A stretch of DNA of 60,000 bases, from the NCBI GenBank assembly GCA_044892525.1, contig CM097885.1, positions 36,768,001 to 36,828,000 on the forward strand, given 5' to 3'. The notes beneath the pieces are model-generated. The model saw only the letters and a list, made by a program, of their open reading frames with translations, had not been told where the DNA came from and made no database searches. How positions within the stretch are numbered: position 1 is the stretch's first letter; each line of letters begins with the position of its first letter. Origin of the DNA: Schmidtea polychroa. Lineage: Eukaryota. Positions 39,850 through 60,000 of this stretch are shown piece after piece. A program made the translations under genes and the position numbers.

Positions 39850-42394
39850 TTATCTAAAAATAAAACTAGCTTTCATTAATTTTAAAAATGTTATAGTTAA
39901 TTAATTTAATTATTGAAGAAATCATAGAAATTTTAGAATTGAAATAATTTAAAATCAACTTAATTTTAAAACAAAACTTGCATTTACGAAAACTTTTTTT
40001 GGTTATATTAAAATTATAAAGAAAATTATAAAGTAAATGTAAAGTTACTTTCAAAATGTAAATTATAAACACTCTGAAATTAAAAACAGTTTTATTTTTG
40101 TGTGAATTTATCAATTAACTCATGAAAATCTAAATTGATGCTTCAATAAAATAATAGACTATAAATTATTAGACGGCTCTTAATAAAATGCATTTATATC
40201 ATTTAATTATCTTTTTTATCGAAATATGCCTAAATGTACTATATTTCTATAAATATTAAGGAAACACTTTTCCATTTAAAAAATAGTTTTTTTATATTGA
40301 ATAATTTGTCCAAATATGAAGATAATTTTGTATGTTACCCTACACTGCACAATTTTTATGTTGGATGATGAGGGTAGGCCCATCACCACATTCACCCTCA
40401 ATAAATGCTACAGGACAGGACCAAGAAAATATTTAGTGAACATAAGTGCGAGGAAAGGCGATAGATTCAATCAATCCAACTCAATCCAAAAGTAATCTGA
40501 GAACATGACAATTAATTGAATATCATTTATGTGTTTATTTTTATCGACAAATGATTATCCTTGATGACAATTAATTATGAAATTTATGTATATATTTTAT
40601 TCTTTAACTGTTGATTAATTTTATTCTTTATTCCTTAACTGTTTATGATTAATTTTTATTTAACCGTTAATGATATATATTTTTATTAATTTTTATTCTT
40701 TAGTCTTTAACTGTTTATGTATTGATAATTTTTATGTACAGGCATGATTTTGTGAATGTTTTGTTAATTAAATTTTATTATACACTTAACGTTATTGATT
40801 GAATAAATAAAGCGAATTATTATAAAATTAAGACAAATCATTATTAATTATTATAAAGTCAAGATATTATTCTGTGTGTATAAGCCGGAAACAAAATTAT
40901 AAAAATAAATATTATAATAACATAAGAAATACCATAATATAAAAAACATCTGTTAGAATATATAAATAATTATATAATATTAGTCCGTGCCTATAAGCCG
41001 GAAATGAAATAATTTATTTATTAACTTTTAAAATGATATAAATACCCCAAAAAAATCAGTACAATTGCCCAAAAATTAGCGTTAAAGCAATTTCAAAGGT
41101 AAATTCTTAGAAATAATCAAAACCCGCAACAGCGCAGAATCGTTTCACAGATTTTCAAAAAACGCAGTAATTTTCACAAAAGCAATATAGCATATTAACA
41201 AAATATATTTTCATAAGTAATTATATTTAGCGGATTACAAGAAATTTCGGGCTGTGTATTTGATATTGTAAGAGGTAAAATTTGGATATTTAATAAAATA
41301 TTTATATTACGTCTTATTTTCATTTATTTACATAAGAACCAGTAAAGTTGAGCGTATCAAATACTGAGACCTCAACATTTATTTTAAAAGAGCAGAAAAA
41401 TTTTATAAATGATAAATTTAAAAAAAATAAAATTAAAAATTACCATTAAAATCGATAAAGAACAAAAATTTATAAAAAATCAAATTATTTAAATAATTCG
41501 ATTGTTTAAAACAATCAATTAAATTAAATATGAGACGCATACACTCATGTATGTGTGTAAAATAATTCAAATTTACCGGCATTCCGATTGGATATAGTGA
41601 TAGAGAATGCCTAGACGTACAATCAAAATCAGTATAAATACTGACAGAAAATTCATTTGAAAACGTAGCTTAACTTTTTAGACTGGTTTTTAAAATACAA
41701 ACATTTTTTGCTTGCTCTCAGTTTTCGGTTCCTATGAAATTTATGCAACTCTGGTAGGTTTATTTTGAATAAGATAATTTTTATTCATGCAATAATGTTA
41801 AAGTCAATAAATTTTTCACATTGGATTTAATTTTTTGTTGTTGTTCTTTTTATTATCTATTTCTAAATTTTAATCGAGTAAATTTAAAATGATTTTAGGG
41901 TTTTTTGGACGAACTGAGAATTATGCCATGTCAAAGGCAAAGGGGACAACTGTTCTCTTACCCAAGGGACGGGGTAATGTGTCAGACATCCTTCTGCAGA
42001 GATTCAGCGAAGTGCTCGTATGGGCCACCTGGATCAACCACTGATACCTTTTATTGATTATAGCGAATTAAGTTGGTAATAATAAAAAGGATGTAGATTT
42101 TGAGTAAACAGAGAAGACATAGTTTTTAGGTTGTAGTAGGAAATCCTCTAGTAATTAGAATCAATTAAGGTCAGAATTAGAAATATATACAGATTCATGC
42201 TCAAATTTCTGAAGAGCAAACCGAATAACCTCAATTATCGTAGAAAATATAGGACAATATTCATGAACTGAGAATTAAGGTCGGATCCCTTCAAAGATTT
42301 TCGAAAATAACATTGAAAAACATCCAGTAATGAGGACCCTTATTAAATGAATAAATGACAATAATGTAAGAAAGGAATAACTAATGAATCGGCT

Positions 42395-42619
42395 GTCCAG
42401 AACCCGAAAATGAAAATGCAACGAGGATTAGTTCTAGTAGTAGAGCTCACCTGCTCATTGATTTTCAGTCATTGTGTATATCACCAACATGGTTGTTATC
42501 ATAGGTACGCCGATGGTATAAAGTAAAATAATCATGAAAGCGTTTAGGAAAGAGTCGATTCAAAATGCATAAGTAACCCTAGAACATTTAAATGACACCC
42601 CCCCCCCTAAGCGCCAACA
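42395..42619. mobile_element. LTR fragment related to 46714-47856
   Basis: About 220 bp clearly homologous to 47640-47856; both end CCCCTAAGCGCCAACA. Confidence 0.75.
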
Positions 42620-42892
42620 TAAACAATAACCCAATAGAGTATTGGTTCGATTACACCAATAATTCATTTTTGTAATGTGTCGGGTCGTGCTAAAACCAAG
42701 ATTGAGGAAGTGTTAAAGCAAGAAATGATTAGTTTTCAAGGCGATCAAATGATTTTTAGTTCTATCACTTTGTATACTCATGGTGGCTCGATATGAGCAG
42801 ATAGGTGAGATTCGTTGAAAAAACTACTCTCTGCTTGACACTCATTGGTAATGCTAGACAGCTGATAGAAGATTTTATGTCTACACTACTCT

Positions 42893-43790
42893 AGTAGTAG
42901 AATATGTCACATCCAAGATACCCCTTACCCCATCCGCTAAGGAAAAAATTATGTAGGTCAAGTCAAATTTTTTGATTTTTCATGATTTTACCATGGTTTT
43001 TTACAAAATTCTACTACTTTTATCGATTTTTTTCACAAATACTTCCAAGTTTTTTATGTAGGTCAAGTCAACTTTAAACATATGTCACCTCCAGGACACT
43101 ATATAAAATAAGTTGGTCACGACTATATAGTGTTTAAAAAAAGTAGATCATGTCAAATTTAAACACGTGTCACCTCCCGGACGGTTCATTTTCGAAGTCG
43201 ATTTAATATCAACGAGACTTTAATCATTTAATAAGACAGACAAAAACGTCTTACACGAACTCTTTACAATGAAACATAAAATACACATGATTATTGTAAA
43301 TTTTGAATTTGAGAAGACAACTCGAGATTTTTAAAGGTATTTCACTAGTGTAAATTTTCATTATTAATAAATATTTTTAAACAGACTTTTTTTTGTATTT
43401 ATATATTAATCACCATGGAAAGTTTGGTTTTCAAGAAAAATTGAGACCTCAACACTGTTGATTGTACTATGTGATCTCACTCAGTTGTCATCGTACCGGA
43501 TTTACTTGCGAGTAAGTATTAGGATATGTCACCTCCAGGACACCCCCTACCGCCCCCCGCTGAGGAAAAAAGTCAACTTGATTGATGCAAATAAATGCAA
43601 TAATCATAATAATAATAATATTTTCAATGATCAAAAATAATAAGTAACTAAAAGAATAAAATTTAATAAATGTTACGAGTTTGTAGCAAAAAATAATCAG
43701 TCAAATTTGACTTGACCTACATAATTTTTTAGCTTATTAATTTTTTTCTCAGCGAAGGGGGTTGTCCTGGAGGTGACATATCCTACAACT
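42893..43790. mobile_element. Non-autonomous Polinton-type element (AGTAGTAG termini, 6-bp TSD)
   Basis: Left AGTAGTAGAATATGTCAC; right GTGACATATCCTACAACT. TIR similarity extends to TATGTAGGTCAAGTCAAATT. TSD TACTCT at 42887-92 and 43791-96. Confidence 0.75.
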
Positions 43791-43823
43791 TACTCTCAGG
43801 TAAATCCTGTAAGATGACTTACT

Positions 43824-45064
43824 TATTTGTTGCTGTTTTGAGCTCGACAACTGTTCTTCCGTTTTGTTGGCATCTTTTTCGTTACTGTTGGAGATGAGGT
43901 GGGAACAACACTAAAATCAATAAATGGCGGTAAGCCCATAAATAAAAGTTGCAAAGGAGGAAGAAACGGACTTAGATCTTAAATTATTAAAAGGTTAATA
44001 ATGTTGATACTATTATTTTAATTACGGTAATCAGTCAACAAGATATATGAAAAATTTTTTTACTTTTTCTGTAGCAACGAGAATGTGACGGTGAACTAAT
44101 CGGAATATCCTTTGAGAATCTGATTGCAATATAAGTTTCGGTTGAAAAATGAAATATTGGAAAGACTTAAATGGTCATTGTTTGCTGCTTATCCACTTTA
44201 TGATGTTAAATATATGCCCAAGTGACAATTTAATCACAATTACAGATATTTTTGGAAAGAATAATAACAAAAATTAATTTAAATTCAATTTAAAAAAATG
44301 TTTTAATGTGTCAATTTAATATATATTTTAATCTCAAAAATTTAGTTAGATTCATTGCTCGAATATGAGGATGAATACCTCCGCCGGGGAGAAGTTTTGT
44401 TAATTGTTCGATTTCTTTTGGTATAATATTCTTTATTTGGTGATTCCGATCCATATCGAATAAGTGACCGAATTTCTTGAGATCTATTTTCTTTATCGAG
44501 AGTAAAATTTTGATTGTTATGTGATTTTCTTTTGGGGTTTAAGCAACGTTTTACTGGAGATCGTGATCTATTATATCTAGGCTTAGAATAATTTAAACGT
44601 CTAGTTCGTCGATAACTACTATTGGAACTGCTTGATTCAGATGAATAAGAGGTTCTTTTTGAATTACTGCTAGATGAAGTTGTCGAACTTTGTGAGTATT
44701 TATCGTTAGAAGAAAGTGAAGAATCGCTGGAATCTCTCGAAATAACCTTGGAATTGTTTATTCTTGGTGTATATCCTTCTGGAAATTCACGGGACTTCGA
44801 ACGTATTTTCCTACGTGGTTTCTCTCTTCGAAACGTTTTGTTGTTTTTAATGGTTCCGATAATATCTGTATTATGTTGAATAACATCGCTCTTCTTCCAT
44901 ATAGAATTTTCTGGTATTTTTTTCAAATTTAGCGTAGCATTATAATTATTTTGTAAGATTGAATTGGCATTTTTAGCAGCTTTACGTTCGCGAGCAATTC
45001 TTAATCCTCTTTCCCAAGGCGTTTCTTTTACTAAAGATTCGTTTATATTTTCATTAATAGGCAT
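43824..45064 (-). CDS. Ser/Arg-rich putative nuclear protein with a ZC3H18-like WERGL motif; partial model
   Basis: About 240-aa ORF ETPWERGLRIARE followed by Ser-rich and RS/SP tracts; smaller exon-like blocks at 43.8-44.2 kb. Confidence 0.55.
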
Positions 45065-45731
45065 TATAAATAATTTACTCAAAAATATATTAATAATTAT
45101 ATATTATTTAAACAAATATGTTATTAATTTAATAAAATATTTAATTTTAATATATAATTTTTAAAGAAAAAATAGACATAATTTAATTATTTCATTTTTT
45201 AAATATTGCTAGAAACATATTTTAAATTTTGTCGATATTTAACTACCACTGGCAGGCACTAAACAATACGTAAATATGTAAAAAGATAAAATTTAAAAAT
45301 TAAAATTTGGAGCATGTTGGATTTTAAATATAATATTAATTTCAAAAAGAATGTGATTAAGCTTAAAATTTTGTTTTATTGGAATAAAATAATTAAAATA
45401 AAGAAAAAGAAAAATTTTAAAAATTATATCGTTAAAATATTAATAAAAATCAACCATAAAAATATGGTTTTGAAATTCTTAATTTTGAAACTTTCTTAAT
45501 TTATATTATATTTAATATCATATATTGGAATATGTCAACTCGAAATCTCAATAAGGAAATTGTTCATACTATTTTGCAATTTAAGTAGCTACATAGACAT
45601 AAAGTTCAAACTTATAAAACGTACTTTATATATAAATACTTTACCTCTTTAATCCGAAGTTAATAAATAAATAAGAATAAATATTGAAATAAGTAAATAA
45701 CACTAGATTTGACATATCTTTAATTGTTATA

Positions 45732-45905
45732 TTAACCCACTTCCCGTAATCGGATCGATCTCAGATTTTGACAACATGCAGTGTCCTCGACAACGAATCT
45801 ACTTGCCAAATTTCAGCTCAATCCGATCACGACAAGAAGGTTAATTTAACATCACAAATTTTGCGTGACACATACAAAGATCAGCGAGTAAAAATAACCT
45901 ATGCT
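45732..45905. mobile_element. Possible Helentron/DINE-like short element
   Basis: GC-richer block with the GCCAAATTTCAGCTCAATCCG motif and an inverted ATCGGAT/ATCCGAT pair. Confidence 0.3.
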
Positions 45906-46713
45906 TTTTATTTTTTTCAAAAATTAAGAAAAATTATTAATTATACTTGGAATGGGTATAATATGAAAAATAACACCTTTGGAGAAAAAAATATATCTTA
46001 ACAAGATTTTGCGCAATGTCGAAATACAATCAAAAAATAGAAATTCAATTTATTAAATGAAAATAATACTATTAAAGACTTTCGTCTCTAAATGAACTCA
46101 GTACTTTAGCAGCTAGTATAAAGACTGGCATCTTTTCTTTTAACACAGTAAAGAGACTAGTTAGTTTGACCGTACATATTGTTATTTTACTATGGATGTG
46201 TTTCGTGGAATATGTATTCAATTTTTTTACTTTTAATTTTTTTTCAATAGTTAATTTTACTTCTTAACTATTGAACACCAAAATGTGAGACCCAGACTAA
46301 AAGCTGTCAAAAGATATAACGGGAACAATAATAAGTTAAAAATTCAACCCGTAAAATTAAAGAGATTAAAGCGAATAAAATTGTAATAATAAAAAATATT
46401 TCAAAGTTTAAAGAAAAATTAAAATAAAATATTTAAAAAAATAAATTAGAAATATTTCATAATTAAAATTTTATAATAGAATGCTCTAAAAAAATAATTT
46501 ATTTTATCAAAATAAATAAAATTATATATAATTATAAAAAAAACACTCTTTGTTACGAAAATTGGTTAAAATTGGAATCATTGAGCAATTCTTTTACATT
46601 CAATTATAGGTTATTTTATTTTTATTATGGTTGTTTGTGATGGAACATTGATATTAATAAAGATTTTTTAAATAATTATATTATTTCATTAATAAAAAAA
46701 CTTTGTTTTTCTG

Positions 46714-47856
46714 TGTTTGGCTAGAACCAAAAATTGAGAGCTTGTTTTAATGAGTCGGAAATACATAGCATAAAAACCGCACCAAGTTGAATTAAATTTC
46801 TATGATCATATACTAAATAATACAAAATAAAGTACACAACACATTCAGGATAAATAAAACACGTACAATAAAATCAAGAAAAGCAAGAATTTGCAATCAC
46901 TAAGAGAGTTAAGAGAAAAATAACGCCGGCTAGAAAATAAACGAATATAAAATAAAATAATAATTGATAATATAAAAATTAGGACTGATTATTGGTCATA
47001 TTTACATATGAAAGACAATAATCGAACTAATTAGGGTTGTTATCGCTCGTATTTACACACGAAGGAATTATGACTATGAGTACATACGTTAAGAAGAGGA
47101 ATAGGAAAATGTTCTAAATAAATAAATTAAAAAAATTGAAACTAAAAATTTTCATTAAAATTGATAAAATAATAAAAATTAAAATAAAATTAATTAAATT
47201 ATAAAATTTATAAAATTAAATAATTAAAATTAATAAAAATTGCAACGTAATTCACGATTACCGCATTTTGATTGGATCTAGTGGATGCTATAAAAATCAG
47301 TATAAGTACTGATTGCAAATTCAGTTACACCTAAATCCGAAATATTAAATTTTCTATAATCTAAAAAAATCGATAAAATTATAGTATTGGAACACAAACT
47401 TAACTGTGTGTAAAAATTTATTGTTCCGAAAGTTAAAAATTTTTTATATAGGAATTGAGAAAGTGACAGAAAAATAATTTTACATACAAACACAGCACAA
47501 ATAATATAAAATACATGCACATTTTTTATTGCGTTTATTTACAAAACATCGTATGATCTATTTATAAAATATTTTTGAAGTTAATTTTCTTTATTTTCAG
47601 ATATTTCTCTTGACGTAAGACCTTCAATCGGCAGTTTAGAACCAGAAAATGAAAATACAACGAGGAGTAGTTTTAGTAGTAGAGCTAACCTGCTCATTGA
47701 TTTTTAGCCATTGGGTACATCACTAACATGGTCGTATAAAGTGTATAAAGCAGATGGTATAAAGTAAAATAGTCATGAAAGCGTTTAGAAAGGAGTCGAT
47801 TCAAAATCCATAAGTAACCCTAGAACATTTAAATGACATACCCCTAAGCGCCAACA
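46714..47856. mobile_element. Solo LTR
   Basis: TGTTTGGC...GCCAACA with 4-bp TSD TCTG. Confidence 0.75.
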
Positions 47857-48188
47857 TCTGCTTCATTTTTCATTTGCCCGTTTTGTGTTACTATTTTTCT
47901 CAAGAACCGTCATAAAGATAGAACTTAGTTTCCAATTTCCAAAACTGTCGAAATGTATCGTGAAACGACTGTTTGAGAAGCACTTTCTTATAATTAAATC
48001 ATTGCCATGAATGTTTAACTATTTATTCTAATTTTAACAAAATTATATATATTCTTTATAAATATTTCGAAAATTTCCTTTAATTTTGTTCCGTATACAT
48101 ATACACGCGTACAGTCACTTTTTCTATCCGGATAGAAATATTTTTCTACCCCAATACTTCTTTGACCTACTTTGTCCAGCGTTCCCAT

Positions 48189-49970
48189 TAGGGCTGCCAC
48201 GTCTGGGGTTTTCACTCGGAGACTCCGGTTTCTGTTGTCTATCTCCGGTTTCCGGTTTTAGATACAAAATCTCCTGTGTTTTAAACTACTTTTTTATCTT
48301 GCTTGTTTATATGTAAAATCATATATTAAGAACAATCACTGATCCGATTAGGAATACTGCGCAGCGGCAAGATTGACCGTTGGTTATTTTATTTCTTAAT
48401 GTTGGCAATCAACAAATTTTTACCGTCAGCTGCACGCTAATTCCCGTATTCAGTAGTTTTCGGTGCGTGAGCTGCGTGTTATAAGTACTTATTCGTTGTG
48501 TACAGGTTAAGTTAGCTAAGACGTGTTTTTTCTGGACTTCTAAATGATATTTTTTTAAAACAAGTAACATAATCAAGGTAATATTGTAAACTTTTTTATT
48601 CATAATTTTGTTATTGTTATTGTTTGTATAGTGTAGAATTTATTTTTCATTTTTGATTTAGATTTTTATTAATAATATGTCCCCAAAGAATAAAAAAGAG
48701 GAAATATGAAACATCTTTTAATAATGAATGGCTAAATAACGCAAAGTATAAAAATTGATTGCGAAAGGCTGACGATAAAATGGGAATTGTACTTATTGTC
48801 ATTCCAACTTAACCGTAAAATGAGACGTAGAACATTCAATTTTTACATATTTAAATTCGATTACTCATAAAAAATATACTAATCAGCTTATAAACAACTA
48901 AAGATAGTTAAGATGAATACAAAGTTGCTCAAATTGAAATTGCAAGCATTTATCATGCAATTATGCATCATCACAGCTATTTAAGAACTGGCCGTGGAAT
49001 AAAATTAAATTCTAAAATGTATGAGACCTCAACGATCGTGAAAAAGTACATACGGGAGACCAAAGGCTGAAGCGATAGTAAAAAATATACTTGCTCCCAA
49101 ATCTATTGAAATGGTTTTATGTAATATCACAAATGATATTTATTAATTAATTGCTACAGACGCGCCAAATAATGGATCGCGTAAATTATTCCCTTTTGTG
49201 ATTCACTATTTTTCTGTAACTCAGGGTATTCAAAATAAGTTGGGGGATTTTTTTGAAGATTCTCATGAAGGATCTGCTGATATTTATAAAAATATTGAGA
49301 CATTTTTGAAATCCAATAATTTGGACATGAGTTATCTGTGCGCTTATTCTGCGAACAAGGCACCGATACACTATGGTGTTCCTAATTCATTTTATCAAAA
49401 CATTTAGAAAAATCTTTGGGTCTAATAAAAGCATATTGTCAGTGCCATGTCATTCACAATGCTGGAAGAAACGCTTGCAAAATCCTTTCTTACAATATTG
49501 AAAGTTTAGTTTTAAAAGTTTATGCCGAATTTTCAAATAGCGCAAAACGTGATGCAGAACTAAAAATGATTTTTGAAGATTTTGATGTGGAATACCAAAA
49601 GATAATCATACATGTTTCAGCAAGGTGGTTGTCTTTATATCGCAGCGTTAATAGATTGATTAGATCATGGTCCGCTGTCAAAGCGTATTTTTTGAAAATT
49701 GGTAAAGAAGAATGCGAAAATGTAATTTGGAAATTTATAAAAGATAACGAGAATGAATTACAAAATGATTTAAAGACTGAATTAACATTACCAGAATGAT
49801 ATTTATATTTTGTCCATCATTATATGAGTGTCTTGAATGAAGCAATATTAAGTTTGGAAAAAAATAATATTGCCAGTACTGATTTGCACGATTATTTTGC
49901 ATATATATTTAAAGTCAATTTGAAAAATCAATAAATTTAATTGATATACATAATATTTTGGTGACCTACA
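48189..49970 (+). mobile_element. Decayed hAT-like transposon
   Basis: TAGGGCTGCCA terminus with CTCCGGTTT repeats; broken ORFs CQCHVIHN, FSNSAKR, ARWLSL. Confidence 0.7.
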
Positions 49971-50747
49971 TTAAAATGCTAGTTTTTCAGGAAAACATTT
50001 CCTTACCATATCTCTGGGAGTGGGTTTGGCCCAGACAGCCAATATCTAACTACTCGCAAGAAACAATTTTGATAAAAAGCAGCATGCAAGATGAGAGTGC
50101 TGGACCAAGAAAATTTTTGTCGAAGGGGAGGAACTAAATGAACCACGGAAAAAATACAAGGATGATATACAATACAAAATCTTGTACAAATCCTTTCTAA
50201 TTCCTTTAACTGTATCGGGTAAACTTCAAAATCAATGTGGGACAAAAGAAAAAGAATAGAATGACTAAAGAAATTGGATTGATTTTAAAAAAGGGAGTGC
50301 TATGTCGGTTATTTAAATATTAAATTTGTTTAAATATTCGGCATTTAATTAAATTTTAAATAAAAATTATATTCAATAATAAGATTTCTATTTTAAAAAG
50401 GAGTCAGATGTGAATTTTTTATTTTTAACGGATACAACAATATAAATTATCGTTTAAAATAATTTAAAACGAAAACTTCAAAAATAAATTTGTTTAAAAC
50501 TTTTATAAAAAATATTTTCTATTTTTTCGATTTGTTTGCTTTTTATTTTATATTATAAATTTTTATTCTTCCCAAATTGTCTTTTATATAATTTTATAAA
50601 ATTTCATCTTAAATTTTGTGAAAAATATTTGTTTAAATACGTACTTTAAATGGTTTATTTGCAATTTTCGTTTTATAAAGAAAATTTCATTTAGACATAT
50701 TTTAATATTTAATCTTAATAAATAATTTTTAATCGATATTTTGTAAA

Positions 50748-58487
<7,740 letters not shown>

Positions 58488-59647
58488 TTAAAATAGCTGT
58501 GCTGATTATTTGATGGATGCATTTATTATGGCTATCTTTTATGGAGTATTTATCTATTTTAATTACAATTTTATTGCATGGTTTTTTTTTACTGTTTTTC
58601 TTTTATTATTATAATTATTAGAGGTTTTCTATTTTTATAAAATTGTTTAATGTGAACAATGAGGAGTTGCCAGGAATCAATATCAATATCACAACATTTT
58701 AATTGTATCGTTATTTTTTAAATATTTCAGCATTTTTTTTATTTCGAAGAAAATTTAAAATATTAAGCAGTTGAAATCTTTTTGTTGGAATAATAAATTC
58801 GGATTTAGCTATGAATTTAATAGTGAACTGCTGAAAATTTATTTAAATCATTTTTTCTATTTGTTTCTTGTTGTAAAGGGTTTTAAGTTACATTTTTGTT
58901 TCAAGAACGAGTGAGAAACAATTCTTACCTTGTGTAATAAGTTATTTGTAATTTATTTAATGTCATTTTAAGTCTTCGAAATCTTTAATAAGCGAATTAA
59001 GTTATTTAATAAATGATCTAGCTAGTTGTATTTTGTTAATGAAAAATCCAATAATTTATATCGTTTTAACTAGTAATCTGCAAATTGTTGTATTTTTTCA
59101 TTACTAATATTCAGTAATTTTGTGCTTTTCTAATTAAATTCCAGGTTTTTGTGTTAATGGTGAGTAAACATTCTTTGCAACTTGATAATTCTAGCGACAA
59201 AACAAATTCATATTTCTATATCAAAAGTGATGTATGCATTATATACACCTCCCTCCACTCAGCTAATAAATAATTAATACATTGATAATTTTTATTAAAA
59301 AATGTAATTTTATCACAATTAATATTGGTATGTTGCTTTCACTTTATCGTCTCCGTGTGTTATTACTATTCTTGATCCAATTTCTTATGCTAACTTGTTA
59401 ATGCAACTTTTGACGGGTTGAAAATGAATAATTGATAGTTTTTAGTATCTGGAGTATGAGTATTATAATTTAAAAATTGAGATCATAATTGTAGCGCCTC
59501 TAACTTCCACATTAATAAAAATATTAACTTAATAATTAAACTTAAAATATATTATTTCATTTTATTTTCATTCAAAAAACTATATAAAACAATTCATGCA
59601 TCATTCGACATTTCAAACGTTAACTCGTCAAAATAAATTTAAAAAAT

Positions 59648-59989
59648 ATGCCAAACATTCGAGAAGTTGACACCATTGTTTTCCTAGCTGTGATCTCTTT
59701 GTTGATGAACACCTTTTATACAACCAAAAAAATTTGCCTTACAAGACTAATTCACGATTCCAGTGATTCTCATGATAAATTTCGTTACGAGAGCCGGACT
59801 AACTCATCTTTCTTCGATTTCCAAAATGAGTTAATGAATAATGTTATTCCAGAAAAAGATTCCAGTTCTTTCACAAGTGCCCATACTTTGTTAGGAATAT
59901 TGACTGCTGAAGCAAAGCTTTCTATGATCACTTTCAAAGTCGTTGTCAATAAAAACTTTATTCAAAGTAATTTCGTGTTCCTACAATAA
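59648..59989 (+). CDS. Hypothetical protein with hydrophobic N-terminus, possibly a first exon
   Basis: 113-aa ATG-initiated ORF, IVFLAVISLLM segment; lies at the window edge. Confidence 0.35.
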   Translation: MPNIREVDTIVFLAVISLLMNTFYTTKKICLTRLIHDSSDSHDKFRYESRTNSSFFDFQNELMNNVIPEKDSSSFTSAHTLLGILTAEAKLSMITFKVVVNKNFIQSNFVFLQ

Positions 59990-60000
59990 TATTTGATATT

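Noticed and set aside
40165..40230. Spliced-leader RNA-like TTAGACGG.TCTTA upstream of ALG9
   Set aside because: Only a short resemblance from memory; no ATG|GT donor or Sm site follows.
50000..50305. Possible gypsy pol tail with polypurine tract AAAAAAGGGAG
   Set aside because: No recognisable integrase motif and no clear following LTR.

Overview
Very AT-rich eukaryotic (animal) genomic DNA with many short (about 30-60 bp) GT-AG introns and dense transposon nesting. A diverged 18S rDNA fragment looks flatworm/planarian-like, which is an inference only. All family assignments come from my own motif recognition, not database searches. Host genes: ciliary transition-zone MKS1 (minus, about 18 exons, 1119-22616), ARL14EP-like (minus), intronless ALG9 (minus), a Ser/Arg-rich gene with a ZC3H18-like motif (minus) and EDC3 (plus, 50748-58487). 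Introns and intergenic DNA hold hAT, Tigger/pogo, mariner/Tc1, piggyBac and Penelope-like elements, three solo LTRs with 4-bp TSDs, and an actin pseudogene split by two insertions. The most notable structure is at 24.2-29.0 kb. There, a decayed Polinton/Maverick-type penton gene is interrupted by a non-autonomous element with AGTAG termini and a 6-bp TSD. That element carries a gypsy gag fragment, a second AGTAG terminus and a TGACTCA-rich minisatellite, and a solo LTR sits inside its right TIR. A second AGTAG/6-bp-TSD element lies at 42893-43790.
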